Positions 19,139 through 29,348 of a stretch of 64,000 nt of DNA are shown one piece after another (positions within the stretch are counted from its first letter, which is position 1; each line of letters opens with the position of its first letter). The stretch lies in IMG/VR virus record IMGVR_UViG_3300047576_000027, positions 1 through 64,000 of that record; one strand, 5' to 3'. The translations under genes were made by a program, and so were the position numbers. Source of the stretch: a virus (lineage: Duplodnaviria > Caudoviricetes). Under the pieces are notes generated by a model. That model did not search any database, was not told the origin of the DNA, and saw only the letters and a list, made by a program, of their open reading frames with translations.

Positions 19139-19165
19139 GTTCTTTTTAATCAAGAGGTCTCATTA

Positions 19166-19396
19166 ATGGCAACAACACCGAAAGTTCAACCCCCCTTCTA
19201 CTCCTGCATTCAGGTGCTCTCCTACAATGCGGACGGCACCCTCTCGCACTGGTACTACGGCGACCGCCGCGCAACGCTGGCGGAAGCCCAGGCCGATTAC
19301 GCGGCGGCGCTGAAAACGGAAACGGCCGAGCATCTGACCGAGCAGTTTCAGGTTGTCGAGTTTCAGATGACGCTGATTCCGGCGCCGAAGGCGTAG
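19166..19396 (+). CDS. Hypothetical protein
   Basis: GAGGT SD; clean ORF. Confidence 0.55.
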   Translation: MATTPKVQPPFYSCIQVLSYNADGTLSHWYYGDRRATLAEAQADYAAALKTETAEHLTEQFQVVEFQMTLIPAPKA

Positions 19397-19402
19397 GGGT
19401 GT

Positions 19403-19483
19403 ATGCGGTATTTTATCGATACGGAGTTCATCGAGAGCGGTCCCGGCAAGCCGATTCAGTTAACTCGTTCAATTAGCACGTAG
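19403..19483 (+). pseudogene. Remnant of a DEDD exoribonuclease (Rv2179c-like)
   Basis: MRYFIDTEFIESG..PIQL followed by a stop after 26 aa. Confidence 0.6.
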
Positions 19484-19485
19484 GC

Positions 19486-19518
19486 GCGGGTGGAATCCAG
19501 AAGGATCGCCCGCATTTT
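19486..19518 (+). terminator. Putative intrinsic terminator
   Basis: GCGGGTGG-AATCC-AGAA-GGAT-CGCCCGC hairpin followed by ATTTT. Confidence 0.4.
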
Positions 19519-19536
19519 AGGAAAGGAGAAAACTTA

Positions 19537-19869
19537 ATGGAAGAAAACGAAGAAGAGACTCAACCGACACCGATTGACCCATCGCCGGGAGTGCGGCCCG
19601 TGGTGTTCCTGGTGACGGTCGCAATGCTTGTCGCGGCTCTGGTTGCGGAGCCGTATCTAGTCTCCATGACGAAGCCAAAGCAGTCTGATGCCTGCGTGGC
19701 ATCTGAGGCCCTGCAAAAGGTCCAGTTGGCAAACCAGAAGGAGCAATTGGAGGCCAACAATCAGCAGCAGCAACGGGCGTACGCGCTCCAGTTTAAAGTT
19801 GCGCAACTCTGCGCCGACAAGGGCGGCACTCCGCAGTTCAGCGGATTCAATGTGACCTGTCAGAAGTAA
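19537..19869 (+). CDS. N-terminal TM + coiled-coil protein (possibly spanin-like)
   Basis: AGGAG SD; TM; Q-rich coiled coil; Cys near the C-terminus; close to the endolysin. Confidence 0.5.
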   Translation: MEENEEETQPTPIDPSPGVRPVVFLVTVAMLVAALVAEPYLVSMTKPKQSDACVASEALQKVQLANQKEQLEANNQQQQRAYALQFKVAQLCADKGGTPQFSGFNVTCQK

Positions 19870-19899
19870 GCACCGGAAATTTGAGGTAACCTAAACGAT

Positions 19900-20667
19900 A
19901 TGAGAACACCAACGCTTTTTCTCTTTTTCGCGTCTGCCGCCCTGTGCGCAGCGCAAACGATCACTGACGGCAACCTGAGCGTCTGTTCATCGACGAACGG
20001 CTGCGCGAGCACTGGCATGACCTTGAGCAATCTGACGTATGTCAATTCAACCACAACCATCTACGGAGTCCCCTTCGAAACCCGCAAAGACGACCACAAA
20101 GGCCCGACCATCCGGCAGGTTAAGTTATCGGCAAAGAACTGGGACGGCATCGTTCTGGCCCCTGCCGACTATATCGTGCGCGCCAAGCGGATTTCCCTCG
20201 ATTCCGGAGCGGTGGAGGAAGCTCAGATACTCCAGGCGGTCCACGACGCGCACCTGAAGGTCTACGACTTCGCCAGCGTCGATTCCTATCTGTTCCGGCA
20301 GGCGCTGAAGCAGGGCGCGAACTACCGCTGGGTGTGGGAGCCGATGCGGGAGAAGGATACAAAGTTCGTTCTCGCCGCCAACGTTCGGCAGACCGACCAC
20401 GCCGGGTACGTGGACAACCAGCAATACCAGAGCGCGATTCCGGATCACGTTTTGGCCGACGTGGAGCGGTTCATGGATTGCGCACCCGAGGACACCATCT
20501 ACCTGGTGTCGGACTACCGCGCCGTCAATCCGGACCCGTTCCTCGCCGTCACGACCGTTAAGATGCTGGCAGCCGGCCGCATCCTGATTATCGACCAGTG
20601 GGACGAGCCGGGGTTCAAAGACAAGGGCGACGAGGCTGAACGGGTAATTTTGACGGTACAGAAATAA
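19900..20667 (+). CDS. Hypothetical protein with signal peptide
   Basis: MRTPTLFLFFASAALCAA-Q; C-terminal PDPFLAV...IDQWDEP. Confidence 0.65.
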   Translation: MRTPTLFLFFASAALCAAQTITDGNLSVCSSTNGCASTGMTLSNLTYVNSTTTIYGVPFETRKDDHKGPTIRQVKLSAKNWDGIVLAPADYIVRAKRISLDSGAVEEAQILQAVHDAHLKVYDFASVDSYLFRQALKQGANYRWVWEPMREKDTKFVLAANVRQTDHAGYVDNQQYQSAIPDHVLADVERFMDCAPEDTIYLVSDYRAVNPDPFLAVTTVKMLAAGRILIIDQWDEPGFKDKGDEAERVILTVQK

Positions 20668-20674
20668 CGAAATA

Positions 20675-20808
20675 CGCGGGACAGTCCTGGTGAGATCGAA
20701 CCGGATCATGGAAAGGGCCTATTACCTGAGCCGTCGTACTGCGGGTTGGCAACGGCAGAATACATGGGCCGGAGTCGAACAGTCCGTTCAAGTCGGACCC
20801 GTGGGCCA
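20675..20808 (+). ncRNA. tRNA-like RNA with a canonical T-arm, CCA end and greatly extended anticodon arm
   Basis: GTCCG-TTCAAGT-CGGAC T-arm; CGCGG/CCGTG acceptor; GTC-CTGGTGA-GAT D-arm-like; ends GGGCCA. Confidence 0.6.
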
Positions 20809-20814
20809 AAATTA

Positions 20815-21285
20815 ATGCGCATCCTCGGCCCCAAAGGCTATGCCCTGCTAAAAAGCGACGAGTCGTTGAGACTCCGGACATACGATGACATGACCGGGGA
20901 GATTGTGGAAGCCGGGGATGACCATCCGGGAACACTGTCTATCGGATGGGGGCACACTGGCCTGGATGTATTCCCCGGCGAAACCATCACGCCTGATCAG
21001 GCCGCACAGTTGCTCAATTCGGATGTGAACGAGCGGTTGCCGCTGGTGGATCGGCTGGTAACGGCCGATGTGAATCAGAATCAGTTTGACGCGGTGTTCT
21101 GTTTTGCTTTCAACGTTGGGGTGGAGAATCTGGCGGAATCGACGTTACTGCGGAAACTGAACGCCGGGGAATATTTATGGGCGGCGGCAGAGTTCCCGCG
21201 CTGGAATCAGAGCGGCGGGCACGTTATGGGCGGGCTGGTGAAGCGGCGGGCGGACGAGGTGGCGTTGTTTAATACGGCGGTTTAG
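20815..21285 (+). CDS. Endolysin, GH24 phage lysozyme
   Basis: E-SLRLRTY-DD, SIGWGHTG, NQNQFDA, FNVG, STLLRKLNAG, GLVKRRADE. Confidence 0.93.
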   Translation: MRILGPKGYALLKSDESLRLRTYDDMTGEIVEAGDDHPGTLSIGWGHTGLDVFPGETITPDQAAQLLNSDVNERLPLVDRLVTADVNQNQFDAVFCFAFNVGVENLAESTLLRKLNAGEYLWAAAEFPRWNQSGGHVMGGLVKRRADEVALFNTAV

Positions 21286-21290
21286 CAGCG

Positions 21291-21437
21291 TCAGAACCGC
21301 CCACGCCCGAACAGAAACAGCAGAATAATCACCGCAACCAAGATGCCAATCCCGCCGCGCGGCCCCCAGGTGGAATATCCCCAGTAGCCGCCGCCACCGC
21401 CGAAAAGAAGCAAAAGAACGATTAGGAGTATAAGCAT
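21291..21437 (-). CDS. DUF3309-like small membrane protein
   Basis: My translation MLILLIVLLLLFGGGGGYWGYSTWGPRGGIGILVAVIILLFLFGRGRF. Confidence 0.7.
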   Translation of the reverse strand: MLILLIVLLLLFGGGGGYWGYSTWGPRGGIGILVAVIILLFLFGRGRF

Positions 21438-21442
21438 GATTC

Positions 21443-21980
21443 CTATTCTCCCCTATTTTCGCTCCCCTGTAGCAAACCCTTGGCGTGTTCGGATTCAGCG
21501 GTGATTTTCAGGAGCGCGTCGGATGTGGCTTTCAAAAGTGCATCTTGCACGGTTTTCATGCCGTCTGTTTTCTTTTGGATGTCGGCAATTTGATCGGCGT
21601 TCCGTCGCGCCAGTGCGTTATTCAGAAAGCCGAATATCACGGATGCGGTGCCGGGGATGACCGTTATGAGCGCGACTGAAACGAGGTCGGACATGTCACC
21701 AGTGATGAACCAGCCCGATTACACCCGAAGTGGCTGCAATGCCCCCGAGGATAACGATCAGCCATCTGAGCATCCCCAGTGATCCCTGAATCTGACCGGC
21801 GAGGTTCGCCGCCGCCTCTTTGGCACTGCTGATTTCTGCTCTCACAAAACCCATGTCAGTGCGGTACACGTCCTGGTGCCGATGCAATTCGTTACCCAAT
21901 TCCCTGACGCGCTCATCACGCACCTGAAAGGCATCACGCATCTCGTCCCGCAACTGAGTAACCCCGGCGCTGTCGGGCAT
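21443..21980 (-). CDS. Two small membrane proteins, holin candidates (21696-21980 coiled coil + C-terminal TM; 21443-21694 N-terminal TM)
   Basis: Single TM segments; near the endolysin. Confidence 0.5.
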
Positions 21981-22059
21981 TGATTTATATTGACATAAAG
22001 CATTTAGGCTTATCTATTTATAGCAAATTTTCTGTTGTTGGAACGTAACAACGGAGGCT

Positions 22060-22464
22060 TTATTTCTTTACTGGAAGGAGGGGGTTCTCCCATCCACGAT
22101 CCATCCTGCGGATAACGGTTTCCCTCGCCAGTCCGTATTCTTGCGCCCATTCCATCGCCAGTTTTGTAACGCCATCTACTGTGAGCATCCGGTTGTCATG
22201 CCGGTTGCGACACTGTTCACTTCTTGTCGCCACCCATCGAACATTTCCCGGCTCATAATTCCCGTCGTTATTTTTCCTGTCAAGAGTATGCTTTAAACTC
22301 GGGCGCGGCCCCATGTCGGCAAGGAAATTCAGGAACGCATACCATCGCTGGCATACGATAATGCCCCGACCGCCGTAGCGCGGGTAAGATTGATCCTTTG
22401 GGTTTCGGCACCGGGACAACATCATCCGCCAGCAACAGTACTCAGGCATTCGGGTAACTCTCAT
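22060..22464 (-). CDS. HNH homing-endonuclease-like protein
   Basis: W..MLSRC.NP....YPRYGGRGI.VC.RW..F..F.ADMGPRP...TLDR.NNDGNYEPGNVRW. Confidence 0.88.
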   Translation of the reverse strand: MRVTRMPEYCCWRMMLSRCRNPKDQSYPRYGGRGIIVCQRWYAFLNFLADMGPRPSLKHTLDRKNNDGNYEPGNVRWVATRSEQCRNRHDNRMLTVDGVTKLAMEWAQEYGLARETVIRRMDRGWENPLLPVKK

Positions 22465-22473
22465 TCTTGTTCT

Positions 22474-22524
22474 ATTATTGCAAACCAAAAAACCTTGACA
22501 ACATAATCTCTTTTGCGGTAAATT
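22474..22524. promoter_or_regulatory. Divergent promoters
   Basis: + strand: TTGACA(22495)-18-TAAATT, 7 nt before ATG 22532. - strand: TTGTCA...AATAAT before the HNH start. Confidence 0.6.
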
Positions 22525-23192
22525 TATCGGTATGGAAGTGACAGACGAGAGACTGAAAGAACTGGAATACGACTTCGCGTATCGAAACTGGCAGGCAGGA
22601 ACGTCAAGCAATGCTGCGGAGTTAATTGCTGAAATCCGCCGCCTGCGGGCCGAGCCGGTGCGGGCCGAGCGGGATCGCCTGCGGGAGGTGCTGGAGAAAG
22701 CTCCACACGCCCATGACTGCAATAGTCACTTGCCCGATCTATCCGATCTATCGAAAGCTGATGAGAGGGAATGGGAGATTTTATCCTGCTTAGATGACGA
22801 GGGACTGACCGACTTCGGGAGGTACAGAAAAAAAGCCTTGGCTGAGGTATTCGCTGGCACCGTAAAGAAGCCTTGCGACTGCTGGAAGCGCGCCGCGCTC
22901 TCCGCTCCGGTCGCAGCGCGGCCTATCTCAAATATTATTGATACTGACTCTGGAACCGTAGAATTGGTTATCCATGATCCATTTGGTTATCCAATCCAGG
23001 CAGAGCCAGCAGCACAGGAGGAGAAGTAACCCGAATGCCAGGACCATGTAAAGTCTGTATTGAAAAGGCAGAAGAGATTCGGGACGCGTTGTGGCAGATC
23101 GGCATCAGTCGTGCCACTGCTCCGGTTGATGGGGTAAAATCTGCGGTCGCGGAAATCCTCAAATTGCGAGAGACCGCAGCGCCCGCACAGAA

Positions 23193-23346
23193 CATCGACG
23201 ACGATTACGTGGCGTGGATGCGGTTCGCTCACCGCACGGACAATCAGCAGCCGTATCTGCAAATCTGCGACTCCGACGCCGAGGGCGCGTTCAAGGTCTA
23301 TCGGCATCCGCTGCCCGGCGCAGCACCAGCGGAGAAGTGGGAGTAC
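23193..23346 (+). repeat. ~154-bp direct repeat, copy 1 (copy 2 at 28200-28353)
   Basis: Both encode IDDDYVAWMRF...WEY; 6 mismatches counted, 5 synonymous. Confidence 0.95.
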
Positions 23347-23695
23347 AGGGCCGCGGGTAAACACGATCAATCTGATCCGTGCGAATACCGTTATGCGTAT
23401 GAAGATGCACGGCTTTACATGAAGTACGATAGGGTCGAGCGCCGCACCAAAGCTACTGCAACTGCCCCGGCAGGCGAGTGGCAGAGCATTCCATGCGGGT
23501 TGAAGTCCGCCGATGAGGAGAACCGATGAAAGTCCTTAAAGTAGCTCAGGTGAAGCGGCGACCCGCCCGAAAGAAAGTAATCGTAGAGGGTGGTACGGCT
23601 CAGGTTTGCCAGAAATGCCTGGTGAAGTGGGCGCATCAATGGTCCGGAGTTTTGAAAGTTTGCAATATGTGCCACAGGAGACTAAGGGAGAGCCA

Positions 23696-23893
23696 GTGAG
23701 AATCGGCGAACTTCTCTATGCCTGGCGTACCCATCGCGACCTGACCCTCGCGGAAATGGGCGCACGCCTTGAGATCCCGGTGCCAACGCTGCAAGCTCTT
23801 GAAAAGGGCCGACTCCCGGACGGCAAAACGATGGTCAAGATTTTCGCGTGGCTGTTTGCGCCGGTTGAGGCGAAGGGGAGGATTACGGAGTGA
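23696..23893 (+). CDS. XRE-family HTH regulator
   Basis: IGELLYAWR..RDLTLAEMGARLEIPVPTLQALEKGRLPD. Confidence 0.85.
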   Translation: MRIGELLYAWRTHRDLTLAEMGARLEIPVPTLQALEKGRLPDGKTMVKIFAWLFAPVEAKGRITE

Positions 23894-25731
23894 GACTTAA
23901 CCTGGATTGCGCGTCGTGTCAGCCATGAAACTGTTAAACGATCTTAAGTTTGCCCTGTTCGCATTTCGCATGTATCGAAGCTGCGGGCGCGCCGGATGCA
24001 TACACGGGACATTCAAGGCCCACACAGCAGGAGAAGCCAAGATTCTGATTGCAACCGGTGAGCGCGAGATACCCTGGGTTAATGAAACGGCTATACAAGC
24101 GCTTGCCGATAGCCTAGCGGTGCGGCAGCAAAAAGCATGGGCAGTTGTGATTAAAACGGAGACGGAGGCTAATGATTAGGCACATCTGCACCGCCGCTCT
24201 GGCACTGGTTCTGGGAGCGTGCGGGACAAAGAAGGGGCCAGTTGGATGGGAGATCGTCAAACCTCACAACGTCCCGGTGAAGGACTTCTGCAATTTTGTT
24301 CTTCCGGACGGGGACTACAGATGCACGCCGGTTGCTGCTCCCGCGTACCGGTTGCGGGTCTACTACGATGACGGCAGTGCCGCGAAGGAGCTTTGCGCGG
24401 ATGGTTCAAGAATGTGGCCGTCTCGTCAAAACGGCGACCTTACATGGCAATGCTATTACGAGGACGCGCCGCAACCACAGATAGTACGGGATGCGGCCGG
24501 TATGCCGTGTGCCTGGTTCTACAGCACGTCGGGGCCGATCCGGCTGTGCGAACCGAAGGAGGATATCAAATGAGAAAAACTCTCTGCACCGTCGTTATCT
24601 TCGTGCTGCTGGTCGGAGTGATGGTCGGTCTGGTGATTGCTTTGGCTACGGTTCACGTTCCGGGTAAAGCTGTACTGTGGTTGAGTGCGAGTGATATTGA
24701 CAACGTTAATTCCACGCCGTTTGATCATCTATTGGACGTGTGGATTGTTATCAATGTGGTTATTCCGATTTTATCGGCCTCTCTTTTGTTTTGCTGTTTT
24801 GGTATTTTTTGGATACTAGCGGCACATTTGTGCTCCGCTCTCCGAAAGGACCGGCGATGACTGTGCGACTCCTTGCCGTATCCATCTTGGGGATGCTGCT
24901 TGCCGCAGAGGTCATGTTCAGGGTTGATCAGTTGGAGCGGAAACTCAACGATCTCAGCGAGTATGTCACGCGGGTCGATCAAGGATGCGTGAAGCGATGA
25001 GGCTTACACGTATTCGCATTGCGTTGTTCTCTCTGCTGGCCTTGGTCGGGTGCAGGAAGCCACCAGAGAGCTTGGCGTTCGGTGGCGACGATGGCACCGT
25101 ATCATCGGCCGAAATATCACCGTGCCCCTACATCCGTGACGGCGTGACGGTGTTTCCATCAGATAAGTTCGGCACAGAGGGATGCCGCGTTGTGGCAAAA
25201 GAGATAGTCATACCAGCGGAACGTGCCCAAGCTTGGTACCAAATCTGCTGCGGAACGGTTTGGATTTCTGGACGCCCGTCTGATTTCGTATACGTTGGCA
25301 TCCCGGTTATCCCCGAAGGCAAGACGGGGCCGATTCCAGACTGGGGAGATTACAATCCCCGGCTTCCATTCAATCCTTGGCTTCCATACCGGGGAGGAAA
25401 GCCGTGAGCGAATTCCTGACTGGATTAGCGTTCACTGTAATTTACTGTCTCGGAGTGGTGTTTTGCTTCAACTGGAGAGACCGCCGGAAAGCACGCCGGA
25501 AGGCACTTGCCTACCGCGTTGCGCTATACGCGCTGCGGGATTACTGGGAAGGAAAGCAATGATCGACTTGACTGATCTCATTTTTGTGGGTTTAGGCGGT
25601 CTGATCTTGGGCTACGTGATTGGCGTGAATATTGTTTTTTGGTCGATAAATTCTGGCCGCGAATCTATTGATTTTTTGGAGCGTGCGATAAAGCAGACTG
25701 AATGGCGCAAAAGCAGGCCGAAAGGAAAGCA

Positions 25732-26016
25732 ATGAGCGAACTGGATATAGCCGCAATTAGAGCGCGGCACAAAGCATTATTCCCGACTGAGTGGAGAGTA
25801 TGCTCACAGGTTAATTCTGCCGACGCCAAGACCGAGTGCTATGTAAAATTCACGAATGGCTACGTAGCGTTCATGAGGCCAGAGGAAGCAGAGTTTTTAG
25901 TGTCCGCCCATCAGGACATCCCAGCCCTGTGTGACGAGCTTCAGACTGCACGGGATAGGATCGCAGTGCTTGAGGAAGATTGGGAGAATCACATGAAAGC
26001 GTGTGGTGATTTATGA
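25732..26016 (+). CDS. Ead/Ea22-like protein
   Basis: LDIAAIRAR...AEFLVSAHQDIPALCDEL. Confidence 0.65.
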   Translation: MSELDIAAIRARHKALFPTEWRVCSQVNSADAKTECYVKFTNGYVAFMRPEEAEFLVSAHQDIPALCDELQTARDRIAVLEEDWENHMKACGDL

Positions 26017-26406
26017 GTGTGGATATAGACGCGATTAGAGAGCGGCACGAAAAGAGCACGCCGGGAACTGAAGGCCGGGGGGGGGAATGCCGGGTGGTAC
26101 ACAGGAGAGCCTGACTACTTAGAAATAGTGGTGCCGATTTATCGCGATGGTCCGAATAGTGTTGAATCACTGGGGGGCATGTATATTCTGGCCGATGCGG
26201 AATTTGTCGCCGCTGCCCATCAGGACGTCCCGGCCCTGTGCGATGAGCTTGAGGTCACAGAGGGACTTGTGCGGGAACTGGCCGAGATACTCTCCGACTC
26301 AATCTGCCATATCTGTGATAACCGTTTAGGATACGAACCGGGCCACACATGCTGCGCAGAACAGCGCCAGTTGCTTGCCCGTGTACCGGAGAGGTTGAGG
26401 AAATGA
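26013..26406 (+). pseudogene. Second Ead/Ea22-like paralog, frameshifted at a G9 tract (26077-26085)
   Basis: MSVDIDAIRERHEKSTPG joins ...DAEFVAAAHQDVPALCDEL only if the tract is G8. Confidence 0.65.
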
Positions 26407-26674
26407 AACTGGCCGAAATCGCCTCCAGAATCCAAGCGCACTTGAAACGTTTTGAAGCCGATCCAGTGATTAATAAAGTGCCAGCAGGGAGAATGACCCA
26501 TCCGTATTACCTGGTTAACGTATGGGCTGCCGGAGCGTACGTACAGATACGCTACGTGGGTTTTCAGGGAAACTACTCTCTCCGAAAGCAGGAGGCCAAA
26601 GAATATTTAGACTGGCTGGATACCGGGAACGTGGGGAAACATTTTTCCATGCAGAGGCCGAAGGAGTGACACCG

Positions 26675-27670
26675 ATGACAGACGAGAGACTTAGCTATTT
26701 GCTGGCATACGTCCGATCCACTAACGGGGTGAACATGACGGATGCTTCAATGGCGCTGGATGAAATCGAGATGGAAATCCGTAGCCTGCGGGCCGAGCCG
26801 GTGCGCGCGGAGCGGGATAAGTTTCTTGACGCGCTTGAATGCTCTAACGCAGCAGCAAAGAGGCGCGGCGCGGAACTGGATGAGGTACGCGCAGAGAGAG
26901 ACCGGCTTGCGATGCACTTACGTGACATTGCTCCTCAAAAGTATCCGGTGTTGGTGGTCTGCGCTCTGATAATCCGAAACTGGCAAGTGCTGATGGAGCG
27001 GCACGCCCCGGATGGGATAAACAGCGACGAGTTCAAATGGGATATCCCAGGTGGGAAGGTCGAGTGCGGCGAATCGCCCGAGGATGCCGTTGTGCGTGAG
27101 ATTCTGGAGGAAACGGGCTTAGAAATTCGGGTTATACGGATGGTCCCGACCCTTCGTACTTCCGTCTGGCAGAACAGCAAGGGAATGCGCCACTGGATAT
27201 TGGCGGCGTATGTTTGCGAGATCGTCTCCGGCGAGCCACTATTGAACGATGACCTCCAGTGGATTGATGAGGCTGACATCCAAAGACTTGCCCATCCGAC
27301 CGATGCACAATTGATTGCAGAGGCTTTCAAACCAGATCCGGTACGCGCGGAATTGGAGAGAGTGCGGTCGGTGCTTAAGCAGGCCGAAAGGAAAGCAATG
27401 AGCGAACTGGATATAGCCGCAATCAGAGAGCGGCACGCAAAGAGGGCAGCAGTGAGCCGCAAGCAATTCACCAAAACCGGAAATCGTAGAGCACCATCCG
27501 TAGCAACTGCCGAATCGCTGGCGATGGAGTGGTGGCGTGCGGATGGTCTGTATATCGACCCGGATACAGAAGAGGTTGACTGGTACGACAAGCGCCGGGA
27601 ACTCGCGGAGATGGCTTTCATCGCTGGCTACAAAAAGGCCCTCGAAAGCAGAAAGGGCGGCAGATTGTAG
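26675..27670 (+). CDS. Mosaic protein containing a MutT-like Nudix hydrolase domain
   Basis: Nudix box PGGKVECGESPEDAVVREILEETGL flanked by PVRAE modules. Confidence 0.85.
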   Translation: MTDERLSYLLAYVRSTNGVNMTDASMALDEIEMEIRSLRAEPVRAERDKFLDALECSNAAAKRRGAELDEVRAERDRLAMHLRDIAPQKYPVLVVCALIIRNWQVLMERHAPDGINSDEFKWDIPGGKVECGESPEDAVVREILEETGLEIRVIRMVPTLRTSVWQNSKGMRHWILAAYVCEIVSGEPLLNDDLQWIDEADIQRLAHPTDAQLIAEAFKPDPVRAELERVRSVLKQAERKAMSELDIAAIRERHAKRAAVSRKQFTKTGNRRAPSVATAESLAMEWWRADGLYIDPDTEEVDWYDKRRELAEMAFIAGYKKALESRKGGRL

Positions 27671-27687
27671 CGAAGGAAGTAACCCGA

Positions 27688-27786
27688 ATGAAAACTCGTC
27701 TCTGGATTTGTCTTTGTGGTATGTGGAACAGACAGCAATCGGTCAACTGTGTCGCGTGTGGTTTAAAGAAGGACTGCTTCAGATGA
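27688..27786 (+). CDS. RanBP2-type zinc-finger microprotein
   Basis: My translation MKTRLWICLCGMWNRQQSVNCVACGLKKDCFR; follows the shared GTAACCCGAATG start cassette. Confidence 0.5.
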   Translation: MKTRLWICLCGMWNRQQSVNCVACGLKKDCFR

Positions 27787-28493
27787 GATTATTGAAATGG
27801 ATAGGACCGGTCGCGTTTCCGACCTTGTATTCGTACCTCGGGTACAGGTGGGCCTGTGCGGTGATGCAGCGAAATTTCCCGGCCATGCGCGATACATATG
27901 CTCCTCGAAAATATCGCGACTGGAAGAGCAGCGAACTTAATCCAAAAACACAGGAGGAGAAGTAACCAGAATGCCAATCGAGACGCTGGATGACATCATC
28001 GAGGAGATAGCCGATAGAAAAGGGGTGTACGGGGTTTGTCCTGATCCAACTGGTACATGCTCCGTGCATAAAAATAATCTGTGCCGGTGCTGTTGGACGG
28101 CGGGTTTGCGCGGGCGTATCGAAGCCGCTATAGAAATAGAGCGCAAGTTGTCCACAACTCCCAGCGCCGCACCAGCAGGGAAGAGGTAACCCGAATGCCC
28201 ATCGACGACGATTACGTAGCGTGGATGCGGTTCGCTCACCGCACGGACAATCAGCAGCCGTATCTGCAAATCTGCGACTCTGACGCCGAGGGCGCGTTCA
28301 AGGTCTATCGGCATCCACTACCCGGCGCTGCACCAGCGGAGGAGTGGGAGTACCGGCCGACGTGGGGATGCCTGCTACACGGTAAGGCTTACGCAACCAT
28401 CACCGATCTTGAGTGTGATGCGGAATTGAAGGGATGGACTGGTTACCAAATGCAGCGCCGCACCCCGGCAGGCGAGTGGCAGATGATCAAATA

Positions 28494-28811
28494 ATGCCTA
28501 CCCTCCCGAGCCGCAAGGCGATGCAGCGCAAGAAAATGTTGAAATCTCTCAGGAGGCGAGATGGGGATAATTGCTGGATCTGTGGAGGGGAGATGTCCTT
28601 CTCGAATCCACGAATACTGCCCTTGTCCGCTACGTTTGAGCACGTGATACCGGGATCGCTAGGTGGCAGCGACAGAATGGAAAACTTAAAATTGACTCAT
28701 GGCATTTGCAATCGAAAGCGCGGTAGCGGACCGGAATGGCAGAAGTTTCGAGTAAAGCAGATGCTGGACAGGTGGCACGATGATGGTGGCTCTGTAGTCG
28801 GTTGTATATGA
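28494..28811 (+). CDS. HNH endonuclease
   Basis: RDGDNCWICG..ATFEHVIP.SLGG....NLKLTH.ICNRKRG. Confidence 0.88.
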   Translation: MPTLPSRKAMQRKKMLKSLRRRDGDNCWICGGEMSFSNPRILPLSATFEHVIPGSLGGSDRMENLKLTHGICNRKRGSGPEWQKFRVKQMLDRWHDDGGSVVGCI

Positions 28812-29348
28812 GCAGGCGAGTGGCAGAGGATGCCGGAATGAAAACGGGCTGCTGGTTTTTAGTTGGCATCATTTTGGGATTCGGGTCAGATCAGCCTGCG
28901 GAAGCAAAGCAGCGGTGGTCAAAGGTTCTGTGACTACTGAGCCACGCCAGTAGCAGAGGATTACGGAATGAAATTGAGTTACTTTTACTTGAGCGAATGT
29001 GGTCAGTACATCTGCCGGAAGCGCAACAGCGGCGGTTTATATGAGGCATGGACGCGCGACGGTGCTCGGCATTGGCGAGACGACAACCGCATAAAAACGT
29101 GGAAGCAATCAGCCATTCCGATGCATCCGATGGACTTCGCAGTTGGTGGATATTCAGCTGAACAAACAGGACAGAAAAAGGGATCGTTTACCCTGAACCT
29201 GCTTCACTGCGACGTCACTAAATTCGTTGAGCCGTTCAGAGGGAACACGATCATCGAGTCGCTGGATGTTGTATTCCGCCGAAAAATTCCGGCTCAAAAT
29301 ATTCCTCATTGGCTAAAAGATAGCGCTACCGAGCCACGCCCGTAGTCC

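Noticed and set aside
20675-20808. Canonical tRNA or tmRNA
   Set aside because: No 7-nt anticodon loop on a 5-bp stem; too short for tmRNA, with no Ala acceptor identity or tag ORF
23193-28353. Diversity-generating retroelement TR/VR pair
   Set aside because: Mismatches are mostly synonymous and not confined to adenines of one copy; no reverse transcriptase in the window
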